Numbered from the stretch's first letter, positions 1-12,349 are shown. The stretch is DNA of 64,000 nt from Diplonema japonicum (GCA_964019335.1 OZ025703.1:434001-498000), one strand, 5' to 3'. Notes: generated by a model not told the origin, from the letters alone. A program made the numbers and translations.

Positions 1-191
1 CAGCGACCCTTTTTTCTCTCTTTTTTTTTTTCTTCTTCTTTTTTCTATTTCAATTTCAATGTAATTAAAACCTGAACGATATCCCCCCACCACCCCCCCA
101 AGAAAAAACCAAACAAAAGGAGGAAGGAAAGGGGGCACCGCCCCCCTTCGGAGGGAACCCCACACCCCACACCCCCCCTTTTTCTGTTAAA

Positions 192-3100
192 ATGTATTTC
201 GTGGTAGGACCTCCGAAGGTGTTCGCTGTAAAGGACGGCCCCGTTGTGACATCTTTGGCCAACCCTGCAGGGGACGTGATAGCGATTTTAACAAAAGACA
301 CAGTGCAACTATGGTGCATAGGGCTGAACACAATGTGCTTAGAGATCCTGACGGTGCAAACCAATGAGGGAAAGCTTTTGAACGGGATATGGAGGAGCGA
401 CGGAGGCAGGCTGTGCGTCGTCACCACCGGCAACCGTCTCATCACTATCGACAGACCGAAAAAAGCGGTGGGCACAAACAGCACTGTGAAATGGAGCAGC
501 GACCCGGAGGTCAACAAGCTGGAGATCGAGCCTTTCACAAAAGGCCCTTCCGGAACGCGTATCCTAGCATCCCTCCTCCTCAGCAGCTACGGCGACATAT
601 GCTGCATCACAAGTGATATCTCTCGTCTCTGTGTGTCCACTGCATCTGGCTACCTCCTCATCCTCTCCTGGAACGGTGAACCTGTCCCTGCTTTGCTCCA
701 AGCTGTGAAAGTCCCCACCATGCTTGCGTCCCTCACCGCCACCGCCACCCACCCGCAAGACGACTCCGTCATCAACAGCCTCAACTGCATCAGACAAAAC
801 GAGCTTGCTGCAACCCTCTCTGACGGTAGTATTGCTGTCATCGGTCTCGTCGGAAAACAAACCTCCGTTCCCGTTGTGGATTCCTTCACGGGCTCCAGGA
901 CACAGCCCATTCAGGGTATCGATGAAGGCCACAAGGCTGCGCTTAATAGCCGGAAAGGTTTGCTGGCCGTCTCGCGTGGGTGTGTGGTGGTCTTGCATGA
1001 CTTGTACTCGCCGCTGCACAAGAAAGCATCGCTGAGCCTCGAGTCATGGGGGTGGTACGAAAAGCATCTGGGGAACATAGAGACAATGACCTGGTCGCCC
1101 GACGAGGAGGTCCTTGCTGTGGGGTACTCAAAGCGTGGCTTTGCGGTGTTCCACTGGACAGGCGCTTGTGTCATGACGTCTCTGCCGAGAAGCGGTTGCA
1201 ACGACCAGACATCGACACACGTCACATCGTCGCTGCTGTCGACGGGCACGACGACGCTTGTCTGGGACCAGCATGGGTACCACCTGACCTTGTCCTGTGG
1301 TGGGTCGCAAGAGCGCATCCTTCAGATGGAGTTCGCCAAGTCTGCGATGATCGCCGCCCCCACCCTGAACAGAGGCCCGCAGGTGATGTTGTCTTCAAAG
1401 AAGTCGGTCTGGATCTTCCGCCACCCTGACCTTGACTACTTGAAAGACAACTGGGAGCTTCTCACCCTCCCACCTGTCTACTACAATGTGAACTGCCCTA
1501 TACGGTACGTCGCGATGTCTGTCGATGGGCAGCACATTGTGGTCTGCGGGCACAGAGGGTGCGTCCTGTACAACGTTCAGCTTAAGAAGTGGAAGCTGTT
1601 CGGGGTTCAGGAGCAGGAAGCAGAGATCGAGGTTGTGGCGTCTCCTGTGTGGTGTACTAACACAGTGGTTTGCCTGCCCACTAAACAGGCGCAGGGGCAC
1701 GCTCTTCTATTCTACCCCAGATTTTATTTAGACCGCAACAGCCTACTGCTCACCCTCCCGATGGATACCAAGCCGGTGTGGAAGAAAAGATAATAATAAT
1801 GAATGTTGTAAACCCCTACAGGAGCTGCTCGACGCTGCGCCCAGATCTTGGAACGATGCTGAAGGGATAGTGTCTTTGATTTCGTTGGACAAGGCTGGAA
1901 AGGTTTGTTTTTATTCTCAGCACACGGTATACCACCACACAGCTGCACTGCTTCCGTATCAAGGTTCTTGCTGATTCCGTATCACGCCCATCGAAAGTAC
2001 AGCTTCAGGTTTTGTCGAAAACCATTCTCACATGGGACATTGCTGCTCCGATATCTGCGTTAAGGCTGCTCCCTACGCCGCCCGTGACAGATGCAAAGCA
2101 ACAACAGCAACAGGCGGACGACCGAACTCCGCCGTCCGCTCTAGTGCTGACTCACAGAGGTGAGCTGGCATTGATCAACTTCAGCCAAAAATGGAAGTCT
2201 GTTCTCTCTCGAAACGTATGTTATTTTTTAGTCTTCACCATGCACGCGACGCACAGGTGAGTTCCTTCTGGATCGACCCCTCGCTGGCTTCGCATGGCTT
2301 CGTGCATTTGATCATCTCGTCGCCCAAGAAAACCGTAATGCTTGCCATCCTGCACCCCAACCACAAGAGGCAGGGTGCTGCCAACGTGGCCCTCAGAAGA
2401 CAGAAGTCTAAGGAACTCGTAAAGACACCCCAAGCTATCTCCGCTCAGCCCGCACCACCTCACACCACCACACTGCTCCAAGATGCCGACACCGACGCCT
2501 GCCCCATTGGCGTCCTGACCGGCGAGGGGCTGCTCATAAGCGCCACTGAAGGCGTTCGTTTTTCGGCAAACGGTCATGGCCCCCCCAGCTATCATGTACA
2601 CGTGAGGACAATCCCTTATTTGCACGCGGTGCTCATGGCACTCTTCATCGGGGAGGTGGCTTCGGATTCAGACGCCACCGAAAGGGCTGCTTGCTCTGCT
2701 GCAGCAGTGGAAGTGGCGAAGGGCTTGCACGAGCACTCTTTCTTCGTCGATGTGATGGACTACTTGGTATGCATCGAATCAAAGGCTTCGCTCCACACAC
2801 TGCCACAGCTACACTCCGTTCTGCACTGCCACGACATTGTGGAGAGCCACTCGCACCATATTGAACGGTCTGCAGGTATGACCACAACGTCCATCCACGT
2901 CCACACCCACCATCCATCCACCACACAGTGCTGCGCGCCGTTTTGAGCTTTCTTTCCAACTATCCCGAGTTCCACGAGGTTTTGGTCCACTGTTTGCGCA
3001 AGGCCGATCCTGGAATGTGGCCATTAGTATGTTCTTGATGCACTGCAACCGACCTCACCCTAGGTGTTCGCACAGTGCCCTCCTCTGCAGCTGTTCGACA

Positions 3101-4107
3101 GCGCTGTCTATGCTGGGAGGATTACAGAAGCAGCGCTCCTGCTGAGGGTGCTGCAGATGCCCGTGCACGAAGATCCCTCTAAAGAGCTGCGCATTGTATG
3201 TCCCAACCAAAGAGTTTTGAATCGCTGACAGGCGGCGTCTGCGGCAAGAAAGTTATTCCCGTTAGCTATCAGCAGGCACAAGTTCGAGCTGTCCGCTGAG
3301 CTGTTGAGATTCCTAAAGCTCCTCCGTGGTATGCCGTTGGCATATGATGTTAATTTGCATGCAGGTGAACTACTGAGCGAGACGGACGACTACGAGCTCA
3401 GGGCACCGAAAGTGGACCACATCGAGGCGGGCCTCGTTCCGCAGGGGTCAACCGAAGACCCTCTGCTCGAGAGCTCGTTGCTGAGAGGTTGTGTAGTAGC
3501 TGAAGGGAGGAAAATGCTTGAGGCGGGCAGCCTTCGTGACCTCAGAGCAATGCTGGACCTGCTGGGGCTGTCGGCGACCGAGTTCGTGAGGAAGAACTGG
3601 GTACTAAAGAGGAAGAGCATGGACCTCGAGGCGATATTTCTGGCACTGCACACGCAGTTCGGTCTACCCTTGGGAAGCAATGCTAAAAAAGTGAAGATCA
3701 ACGACAAAGGCCTCACGGAACAAGAGAGGACAGACAAGATACTTTCGGTGCTGTGCAGCCACTCACGCTTGCTGCACCAATTGAAGCACTCCAGCAATGT
3801 TACACGCGAGACACAGCAACTGATTTCAAGGTGCTGCCCTTACATCACCCCCACCCAGATCCACCTACTACTGGTCCCGGCTGCACACACCTTAGTCACA
3901 AGCACTCTAGAAGCAGTCACCGCAGCGCAGTGTCATGAATACACATTGCTCCTGTCGCTGATCCTTCTAGACGTAGCCACTGTTTCACATTTGCTCACGA
4001 CTGCACCGCATCTCAAAGAGCGTGTGGAGGCATGCTTGCAGTCGGAGCATCATATTGGTTACAAGCACTTCTTCGATCTTGCCGTTAAACAGCAAGAGCT
4101 TCTTTAA
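192..4107 (+). CDS. RIC1: RIC1 (Rab6/Ypt6 GEF subunit), 9 exons
   Basis: N-terminal MYFVVGPPK and a WD40-like region (WSPDEEVLAVG; RGCVLYNVQLKKWKLFG). After splicing, the RIC1 domain reads LSFLSNYPEFHEVLVHCLRK...LFDSAV...AALLLRVLQ. Introns: 1776-1821, 1903-1942, 2216-2256, 2767-2808, 2876-2928, 3027-3063, 3196-3231, 3329-3364. Confidence 0.9.
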
Positions 4108-4276
4108 ACACACGCTTGTTATTTACAGCCCATGACACCATCTCTTCACCTGTACCCCTAAGTATCCTTTTTCGCTGTTGCCGTATACGAACTGTTCTGG
4201 CAGTGGCAGGGTGCCCCTGTCTTTTGTCTTTGCTCGCCTCCCGCCATTTGCATAGCAACACACAGGTTTATTACGA

Positions 4277-5251
4277 ATGGCAACGTTTGATTTCACGAAG
4301 GTGAGATGCGCTTCGATGCCGCACAAGATGTTGGGGAGGGCTCCAGCAGAAGGCGAGGCGTTCTGCGTGGACGAGAATGGAATGAAGCTGGTGAGGCTGC
4401 AGGGTGTGTGCAAGCCCGCCTTTATGAATAACAAGCTGCAAGACGCAGCCCGGGGCTTCACACTGAACGAGACAGACATTGTGATCGCAACGTACCCGAA
4501 GTGCGGGACAACATGGATGCAACAAGTCGTGTTGCTGATGCTGGCGGAAGGCGACGGTACACAGATAGAAGACGTCATGGCACAGGCCCCGTGGATCGAG
4601 AGGAAGGTGTGCGTTGAAGGAGTGCAAGCCTTACGAGAAACACTGCCCGCCATAAGCGACAGGAGAGTGTGGAAAACACACTGCGACAACATGCAACTGC
4701 CATGGACACCTGGCTCACAGGGAAAGAAGATCATCGTGACACGCAACCCCTTTGATGCTGCCGTGTCAATGTATCACCACGCACGTGACGTGGAGTCCTT
4801 GAAGTACACAGGCGACTGGGACCACTTCCTGACCCTGTACATGAAGGGCGCTGTTGAGAGCGGTAGCTTCTGGGAATGGCACGGAAGGTGGTACGAGTCC
4901 TACAAGCAAAGCCCCACCGACACCTGTTGGGTGTCTTTTGAAGACATGAAGACGGACCTCCGCAAGGTGATCACACGTCTCTCCGCCTTCCTTGATATTC
5001 CCCTAACCGATACTGCCGTCGACAATGTTGTGAGGAACTCCGGCTTCACCGTCATGCAACAGCAGTTTGCAACTCTCGACGCCATTAAGCTCTCTAATGG
5101 GATGGACATCAAGAAGAACCACATTAGAAAAGGCGAGGCTGGGGGTTGGTCGAAGACATTTACCCCAAATCAAGAACACGTGTTCAGGGTGCTGCACAAG
5201 AAGAGGTGCAAAGAAGTGGGCCTACCCCTCGACATGTTTCAAAAATGCTAA
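4277..5251 (+). CDS. Cytosolic-type sulfotransferase (Sulfotransfer_1)
   Basis: PAPS-binding motifs TYPKCGTTW, RNPFDAAVS and RKGEAGGW; intronless. Confidence 0.92.
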   Translation: MATFDFTKVRCASMPHKMLGRAPAEGEAFCVDENGMKLVRLQGVCKPAFMNNKLQDAARGFTLNETDIVIATYPKCGTTWMQQVVLLMLAEGDGTQIEDVMAQAPWIERKVCVEGVQALRETLPAISDRRVWKTHCDNMQLPWTPGSQGKKIIVTRNPFDAAVSMYHHARDVESLKYTGDWDHFLTLYMKGAVESGSFWEWHGRWYESYKQSPTDTCWVSFEDMKTDLRKVITRLSAFLDIPLTDTAVDNVVRNSGFTVMQQQFATLDAIKLSNGMDIKKNHIRKGEAGGWSKTFTPNQEHVFRVLHKKRCKEVGLPLDMFQKC

Positions 5252-5594
5252 CTCCGAGCATATCTTTATGCAAACCAAAAAAAAAAAAAGAAAAAAAAAA
5301 CTCCACGAACAAAAAGATTCTGCACGGTCATGAGCCGGAGTTGAATTTTTAAAAAAAAAGAATGAAAACAAGCCATTTTTTTTATAGAAAAAGAAAAGAA
5401 TGCTGGGGGAACTGTTTCTAACCTTGCCCCCATGCAGAAAAGCCATCACTAGCTCACAGCGGTGGCCCCCTATCTTTGCTGTTGCAGAGCGGGTGTCATT
5501 AGGCAAACTGGTGGCGCGTGGCCTTCCTTGCATGTCACGTCTAATCCTACATATTTTGTCATTTTATGGTACAACGAGAACCCTCAGCGCAGGA

Positions 5595-6752
5595 ATGGAG
5601 AACACCTATAAGTTGCCCAGAGGGCGGTCCAGGTTCAGCCCCTCCCCGCCGAACGTGCCGTTGTTCAGCGCCATCAATTTCACGTCCAAGCTGCGGGCCA
5701 ACATAGCGCACACGCAGGCGAGCATGCCTGCCAAGCGTTATCCGCAACGCAGGGTGCACATTAAGATGGGGGCCATTGACATCACAAAAGGTGACGAGGT
5801 GACTAAATCGTGTAAATGGAAGCGAGAGACAGAAGAGGCGCTCCTCAGCGTGAGGCAGGACATCGGGAAGCTGGACGACGTCATCAAAAGCGAGAAGGAC
5901 AGAGTGTACACAAGGAAGAGCGACCTTATCCTCGGCGCACACGCCAACAATGAGGACCTGCGGGCAACGCTCAACGACGCTCTCCCGGAGCAGGACAAGA
6001 TGTACGGCACGATGCGGGGCAGCAACGACAACCTGGATGACTTCATGGTCGAACAGCTGGAGAAGCTTGCTGCACTGCACCCCCAAGGGCATCTCGGGGT
6101 GTTGCTGCGGTCGATGAAGCTGTCCAGCACAAACGCCATCATCGACGTTCAAGGGAAGGACATGCTGCATGGAATGGAAAAACGGCTGACATCGTGCATC
6201 GAAGGCGTCCACGTGCACCACGCACCAACACAGGACACTGACGAGCATGAGAGCATCAAAACAAAGCTGTCGAACCTCCTCCCTGTGTTCAACGAAGCTA
6301 AGAACTACACCTCTGTCAGCGTGCAGTGCGACATGGAGAACAGTGCGAACCACTGTGTCGCGCCTGGGAGCCCCGTTATCGTGCAGCCAGGTAAGGTCAC
6401 TGCAAGAAACCACCTCTCAGCACTTCACCAGGCCATAGCCACGGCGAGCACACTCATCAGCAGCATCGTCGATCTTCACGATGGTGACGTCATGACAGAG
6501 GACGAGGCAGTCGTCCGATGGGTCCGCTCCAGTGTCTCCACCTTGTCCAACTTGGGTGCCGACATTCCCCGGCAGGCCGTCACAGCCGCACTCCAAGAAT
6601 TAAAACAGTCTGCCTTGGCCAGCATCACCTCACAGACAAACCTTGCAGTCACGCAGTCCTGCGTCGCGCATCTCTCCAATTGCTTGACGATGGTCATCAG
6701 TGCCAGCAAGAGCAGCTACTCGTTCGCACTCCGCCCAAAGGGTGTGGGTTGA
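5595..6752 (+). CDS. Hypothetical helical protein
   Basis: Long GC3-rich ORF; ATG follows CAG|GA. The 3' end is uncertain (possible GTGTG intron at 6742). Confidence 0.65.
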   Translation: MENTYKLPRGRSRFSPSPPNVPLFSAINFTSKLRANIAHTQASMPAKRYPQRRVHIKMGAIDITKGDEVTKSCKWKRETEEALLSVRQDIGKLDDVIKSEKDRVYTRKSDLILGAHANNEDLRATLNDALPEQDKMYGTMRGSNDNLDDFMVEQLEKLAALHPQGHLGVLLRSMKLSSTNAIIDVQGKDMLHGMEKRLTSCIEGVHVHHAPTQDTDEHESIKTKLSNLLPVFNEAKNYTSVSVQCDMENSANHCVAPGSPVIVQPGKVTARNHLSALHQAIATASTLISSIVDLHDGDVMTEDEAVVRWVRSSVSTLSNLGADIPRQAVTAALQELKQSALASITSQTNLAVTQSCVAHLSNCLTMVISASKSSYSFALRPKGVG

Positions 6753-6831
6753 ACCACTCTTCATTTCCATGAAGCGAGGAAGAGAAGTAAGATAATTTCT
6801 GTTTACTTCAACTGTACCCCCGCAACAATAG

Positions 6832-7578
6832 ATGGGTGGGAAGCTGCGGTTCAATGAACTGCTAGGGATCGAGGCGAGGCGGGACGGGTCAGCATGGTCG
6901 GGGTGCAGGTCGATGTACGTGCTGGAGAAGGAGAAGGAAGGCGCCGCCTTGTCACAGATGAAGATCAACGCGTTGGACGATAAGAGGACTCGGCACAGGG
7001 AAGCCCTGCAGTGCAGCAGGAGCGCAAGGCGGAGGCTGAAGGAAGAGAAGTACAGCAGAATGGATGACCGGGCACGGGAGATATGGGAGGAAGGGCTACA
7101 CAACAGATACACCGCGCAGGAAGAACTCTTCTCAAAGATGTCAACCACCACGTTCAACAAGTGCGACAGGGTCGACGCGCAGAAGGGGACTGCGAAGACT
7201 GTCAACCAGGCCAAGAAGGCCACTGTGTGCGGTTGTAGGACTATATTCGCTGAACGTGCCTTGGCGGAGAGGGACTCCGTGGTATGAAGGGTGGGCACAA
7301 AAAAAAAAAAAAAAAAAAAAAAAGATGTCTCGACTCAATGTGCACCCTCCCACTAGCCACATGAAGGTTAAAAAGACTGCCAGACTGCAACAGGTACGGG
7401 GAGGTGGGGGGAAAAAAAGAAGGGGAAAAAACAGGTTCAAAATGACTGGCTTCTCCGGCCGCTCGCCCTTCCCTCTCTCTCCTCCACCCCTGAGCCCAAG
7501 GGGGGGAAAGGTTATATTAACAGACAAGCAGCCTCGGCAGCTTCGGCTTGGCTGTCTTGGAAATCCACTAATTATTAA
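6832..7578 (+). CDS. Hypothetical basic protein, 3 exons
   Basis: ORF 6832 continues across purine-rich introns 7282-7324 (GTATG..AAG) and 7394-7434 (GTACG..CAG) to TAA at 7576-7578. Confidence 0.6.
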
Positions 7579-7819
7579 AACAACAAAATTAGAAGCAGTA
7601 CTCTTTTTTTTTCTTTTTTCCACACTTCTTTCTTCTTACAGTTAGTTACCCTCCCAATTCGCTCTCCCATTCTTCTTCCCCTTCTGGTGTTGGCTTAACA
7701 GGCAACCAACCAAACAAAAAAAAAGAAGAAAAATACGAAAAGATTATTGAAAAAAAGATCCCCCCCCACACATATAAATTTAAACAAATAAATAATATAA
7801 AAAAGCTAACCCTTCCCGA

Positions 7820-8572
7820 ATGTCGGGACTGGCAATTCTAACACAAGCAAGCGACTCAAATGGGTGGTCGGCGATACTGGACAGCATCGAAAGGAGCTCG
7901 TGCGAAGAGACAGCGGTATCATACGAGGAGCTACTCGACTCACATTGGCACCTGTCGCTGCTCCGCACAGAACAGGACGCCGGTGAATCCTCTGGAATGA
8001 TGAGTTTGGGTGAGATGGACTCCCCAGTGTACACCCATCTTCGGGTGCTGCAGTCTTTGAAGAAAAAACCGTTAGGAGCACTGCAATTACTAGGGTGTTC
8101 TTACCACCACTACTCACTAGCACTGCTTCAAGCCACACAAGGCGCTGCACATTATGACGAAGCGCTTAAGTACGAAATATCTTGCCCGACACCTTGTGTG
8201 CGAGGGTACATGCAGGGTGACCCTGCGGCCGCCTTGCGCACAAAAGAGGACGAGCTGAACAGACGCGAGAAGATCATCCTCGAACGGGAGAAAACAATGT
8301 TTGCAGCCTCTCCAAAAACCCTTCCTTCCTACGAGCAGAGCAGTCTTGCGATCGAGGATGACGACCTGCGGGCGCTCTTTGACACCTACGACCGGAACAG
8401 CAACGGACACATATCACGCGCCGAGTTCAAAAGAGAGTTCAGATCGTTCGAGACGTACGGTGTGCTGCTTAACGATAAGCAGCTGGACACTATCTTCTCC
8501 CAGTTCAGTAAGTCCGAAGAACTCACATACCCGGAGTTTTGCGTGATAATGCTGCAGCGGGCAAAGATGTGA
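7820..8572 (+). CDS. EF-hand protein
   Basis: DRNSNGHISRAE canonical loop plus a degenerate second hand (ELTYPEFCVIML). Confidence 0.8.
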   Translation: MSGLAILTQASDSNGWSAILDSIERSSCEETAVSYEELLDSHWHLSLLRTEQDAGESSGMMSLGEMDSPVYTHLRVLQSLKKKPLGALQLLGCSYHHYSLALLQATQGAAHYDEALKYEISCPTPCVRGYMQGDPAAALRTKEDELNRREKIILEREKTMFAASPKTLPSYEQSSLAIEDDDLRALFDTYDRNSNGHISRAEFKREFRSFETYGVLLNDKQLDTIFSQFSKSEELTYPEFCVIMLQRAKM

Positions 8573-8773
8573 AAGAACGAAACGGGTGAAAGAAGTGGTT
8601 TTACCAATCCACTTAGAAAAAAAAAAAAAAAAGAAGAAAAAAAAGAAGAAAAATTCAAAAAGAAAAAACCTACAGATTTTATTTTTATTTTTTAGGCTAT
8701 CAAGAAAAAAAGACAAAGAAACAAAAACCAAAGGCGGGGGGGAAGGGGAAGAGTGAAGGGTCATAAACATCAA

Positions 8774-11011
8774 ATGGATTGTTTATGGTCCGACTCGGAG
8801 ATGGACTCTTCTGGTGAGGAGACTGCAAGCGCTGGGTCAAGAGCGAGTGGGAAGCCCGGGAGGGTAGGGAAGAGGGACAGCCTGATGGCGAGTATGAAAG
8901 CGCGGGGGATCTGCCGGAGGTCGAGCCTGAATGGGTCGACTAAGGTAGCAGGGACTGTAGTGAGCCCTCGTTCGGGTCAGCAGGGCGGGCGACTTAGTAC
9001 CACAGGCAGCCCAGTGGGGAACAGGTTTGTGTGCAGAACACCAAGAGGCAGCCGCACCCCACGAATTCCCATCACACCCAAACGACGGGAGACAAACAAC
9101 CCATTGCAGATGATCCAGTCGGAGGACGACACCGTCGGGTCGGACACCCCAACCACCGATGAGAAGAACGTGTACCCGCCTCAACAAGAACGACGAGGCG
9201 TGACAGCACCGTTGCAGTCAAGCGGGTACAAGAGCGACCTCACCTCCCGACTCCTGCTGGAGGAAGCACAGCAAACAAAACAAAAAATACAAAACGGGAA
9301 AAAGCGCGACCGCGTGCAGCTCATGGCGATCAGCAAGGGCAGCGGCGGGATGGTGGGCTTGGAGTTCAACGGGACTTTGGTCGTCTCGGTCGCTCCCGGG
9401 GGTCCTGCAGGGAACGCAGGGCTGCAGCCTGGTATGAGGTTGATTTCTATCAACAGCGAGCGAATGGCGGACGACTCAGAGTGCGTGAAGAATGCCTTCA
9501 GAGAAGCGCCTATAGACTTCTGCATCACAGTCGACACGAGTATCCACACCCCCCAGGCCATCACACGCCGGCATTCGATCACCCCCAAGGACAAGTCCCT
9601 CCCTCCTAGGCTGTCCCTGACGGCCTTCTACCTGCACCACTCTCCGGGCGACGTCTTCAAGGTCGACAACCTGCTGTCGCATATTGTGAAAGGCACGCAC
9701 ACCCTGCAGAGCCTTGTGAACCTCATGTGCGACCGGTACAGCATCAAGCATGCGGAGTGGGCAGACCCCATCAACGCTTACGACACCAACCTCTTCGTCC
9801 TCAACAGGTTCTCCCTGTTGCATGACATTGACATCGACGGCCGCAGCCTCATCGAGACATACCTCGAAGCGGGGACCGTGAAAACTGTCCTCGAGGCGCG
9901 CATCAAGGTCTTGCACTACCTCTGCAAGCAACACAGCATCTGCTCCAAGATGTGGTCTGACGAGGTACCCACCGCCATGTACCCCGTGCTCTTTCCGAAC
10001 ACCTGCACCTCTCCCGCCATCGTTGCCACGATCTGCGTGCTTGCAGCGGTGGGCACTATAGGACCCCAACGTACGTGCCCTCTGTCCCCCGGGTCCTCCT
10101 CCAGCTCCTCCGTACGCTGCACTCCCGACGAGCCTGGCCTCAAGCCCAAGGGAAGCGGTTTCTCCCTCCCGCTCTTGGACCTCTCTAAGACAAAGTCCGA
10201 CGACCTAAAACCTAGCATCCCACTGTCCCCGTCGCACACGGCAGAGACACCTGACACGCCAGCCTCTCCAGCCTCACCTCTGGGGAAGATGCGCATCGGC
10301 AGCTTAAACGGGATGGGCATGGGCATGGGCATGCTCAATGTCAAATGCACAGCAACACCTCCCGAACAGGGAGTGGCAGAGAGCACCCCCGAAGACGCGT
10401 GTCTGCCTGAGAGGTTCATGCTGAACTCTCGCAGCAGCGGGAAGATCATGAAACGCAGGACGCCGAACAACAGCTTGCTAGTAGATGTGGGGACGGCGGA
10501 AAGTTGGAAGAAGGAACCTGTGGACACCGAGGAAAAAAAAGATAGAAGAGAGGACAGGAAGGACAGGAAGAAGATGCGGGACAGGGGCGACAGAGAAAGG
10601 GACAGGGATAAGAAAAAGATCGCACAGCTAACGGAGGAACTGGAAGAGGCGAACAAGATCATCGACAATCTCCACGAACAGCTGGAGACGCTGGAGCAGA
10701 TGAAGGACAACTCCGTAGCTGAGAAGGAGATGGCGCAGCTGCTCCTGAACAACGGGTCTTCGGACAAAAAGAAGCTCGAGGAGAAAATCAAATCCCTGGA
10801 GACGAAGCTCAACAAGAGTGAAACAGAGATCGTCCGGCTTGTGGAACAGCAAGCGAAGACGATCACAAAATTATCAGAAGATATCCCACCTGCGACACCT
10901 AGGGTATCACAGGGTGTTCCTGCTCCACTACCGCCACCTGCCACTCCTCGTGGGGGAAGTTGTTTGAACGTATGCAAATCAACACACTTCTCAACAAAAA
11001 GAAAGAAGAAA

Positions 11012-11071
<60 letters not shown>

Positions 11072-11473
11072 GAAGAGCTTTATAATGATCTGAAGGAGCA
11101 GTATAAGAGAGAGACGAGGAAGATGAAGTGTGAGACAGAGCGGCTCCGCATTGAGGCAGATATTTTGAAGGATAAGATAAAAAAGATTGACACCAGTGAG
11201 GCTCAAGACCGGCGGAAGGAGAAAGAGCGGAGGAGAAAAAGCAAGGCAGATGTGCTCTCAGGGGACGAGGACCCGGAAGTAAGCCGACAGAAAGAAGAAC
11301 AAGATGCGGAAAAACGAAGAGTGGAGCAGCGTGAGCGGGAACAGCTCATAGACATAAAGACTCAATATGCCTCTGCAGTCGCAGTTCTTGACAGACTTGG
11401 CCTCTCTCCGCCTTACAAAAGCCTAGCTAGCCTTGACAAACTGCCAGAGGTATGGTGCCACCTCCCCCTCCCC

Positions 11474-11507
<34 letters not shown>

Positions 11508-11593
11508 AGGAGCTCACGAATGCTGTTCGGGCGAAACTCAGCAAATTTGAAGTGCAAAATTCGTTACTCCGAGCAACAGTCAGCTGCTACTAG
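8774..11593 (+). CDS. PDZ-domain coiled-coil protein
   Basis: PDZ: VGLEFNGTLVVSVAPGGPAGNAGLQPGMRLISIN; C-terminal coiled coils. Probable in-frame introns 10970-11068 and 11450-11509. Confidence 0.8.
11025..11067. repeat. (CA)n microsatellite inside an intron
   Basis: About 21 AC units ending at the CAG acceptor (11068). Confidence 0.9.
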
Positions 11594-11633
11594 AAGGGGA
11601 AGAAAAAAAAAAAGAAAAAAAAACGAATAGGGG

Positions 11634-11825
11634 GTACAACCACAGGCCCCCTGGGACATGTTATATTGTTTTTTGAGGTTTTGAGGGCAGCAAGACCTTT
11701 AGCCGGGTCTGTGGGAAAAGAGCCCCCTGCCCTACCGCGAGGAACGGGTTTGCGGGACCAGGCACTCCATTTCTGAGAGGTGGTGCACAGAGTAGAAGCT
11801 CACTCCAATGTACAGGTGGTTGTAC
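11634..11825. other. 192-bp structured element bounded by a 10-bp inverted repeat (MITE-like or ncRNA)
   Basis: GTACAACCAC (11634-11643) / GTGGTTGTAC (11816-11825), with several internal hairpins. Confidence 0.4.
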
Positions 11826-12292
11826 TGAGCGCCTTTTTGACTTGCGCCACCTTGACGTTAAAAGATCGACCCCCCCCCCTTTTTTTTACGCATTTTGTTT
11901 GGTACTTCATTTTATGTTCTGTATTTTTTTTTTTTTAGGTGGTGGGGATAACATGGAAATATAAGAAGTACATCAGATGTGTTGTTCGCTGTTGACCTCC
12001 TCGTCGGTCATCACCGGTAGCGCCCGAAGACTGGAAGAACGTAACGCAGATGCTCAGGGTGACGAACAGGCAGCAAACTGCACGAGCGCAGAATCTTGGT
12101 TACCCGGGACGCCCCGGCTAGGGTTGAGCACACCGCACGCATTAAGGACACGACGCGGAACGCAAAAGAAGCTACAACTCGGCCGGGGAGCGCCCCCTGT
12201 AATCAAGTAGGTAGTTCGTGCTTCATTGCACGCTTAACGCCACCTAGTGTTGCAATCAAAGCCCCATTTTTTTTTTTTTTTTTCCTGTCCCC

Positions 12293-12348
12293 AGATAAGT
12301 AGAGACAAGGGGGACTTTCCAAAACAAGAACCTCCTTTATCTCATCTC
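12293..12348. repeat. Dispersed 55-56 bp repeat, copy 1
   Basis: 51/56 identical to 62098-62152; T-tracts on both sides. Confidence 0.85.
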
Positions 12349-12349
12349 C

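Noticed and set aside
1776-3364. Programmed frameshifting, stop-codon reassignment or non-canonical introns to explain broken ORFs
   Set aside because: Every break I examined in conserved genes is resolved by a GT-AG intron; TAA, TAG and TGA all serve as terminal stops.
9432-9456. GTATG...CAG 25-mer (similar one at 31545)
   Set aside because: Removal would frameshift and destroy the PDZ (or STPG) sequence, and it is shorter than any supported intron (minimum 31 nt).
10970-11068. THTHTH and FFFFF peptides in the 946-aa ORF
   Set aside because: Bounded by GTATG...CAG; better explained as in-frame introns.
11634-11825. RNase P/MRP RNA, suggested by the terminal stem and GAAGCTCACT
   Set aside because: No CR-I strand able to form the P4 pseudoknot.
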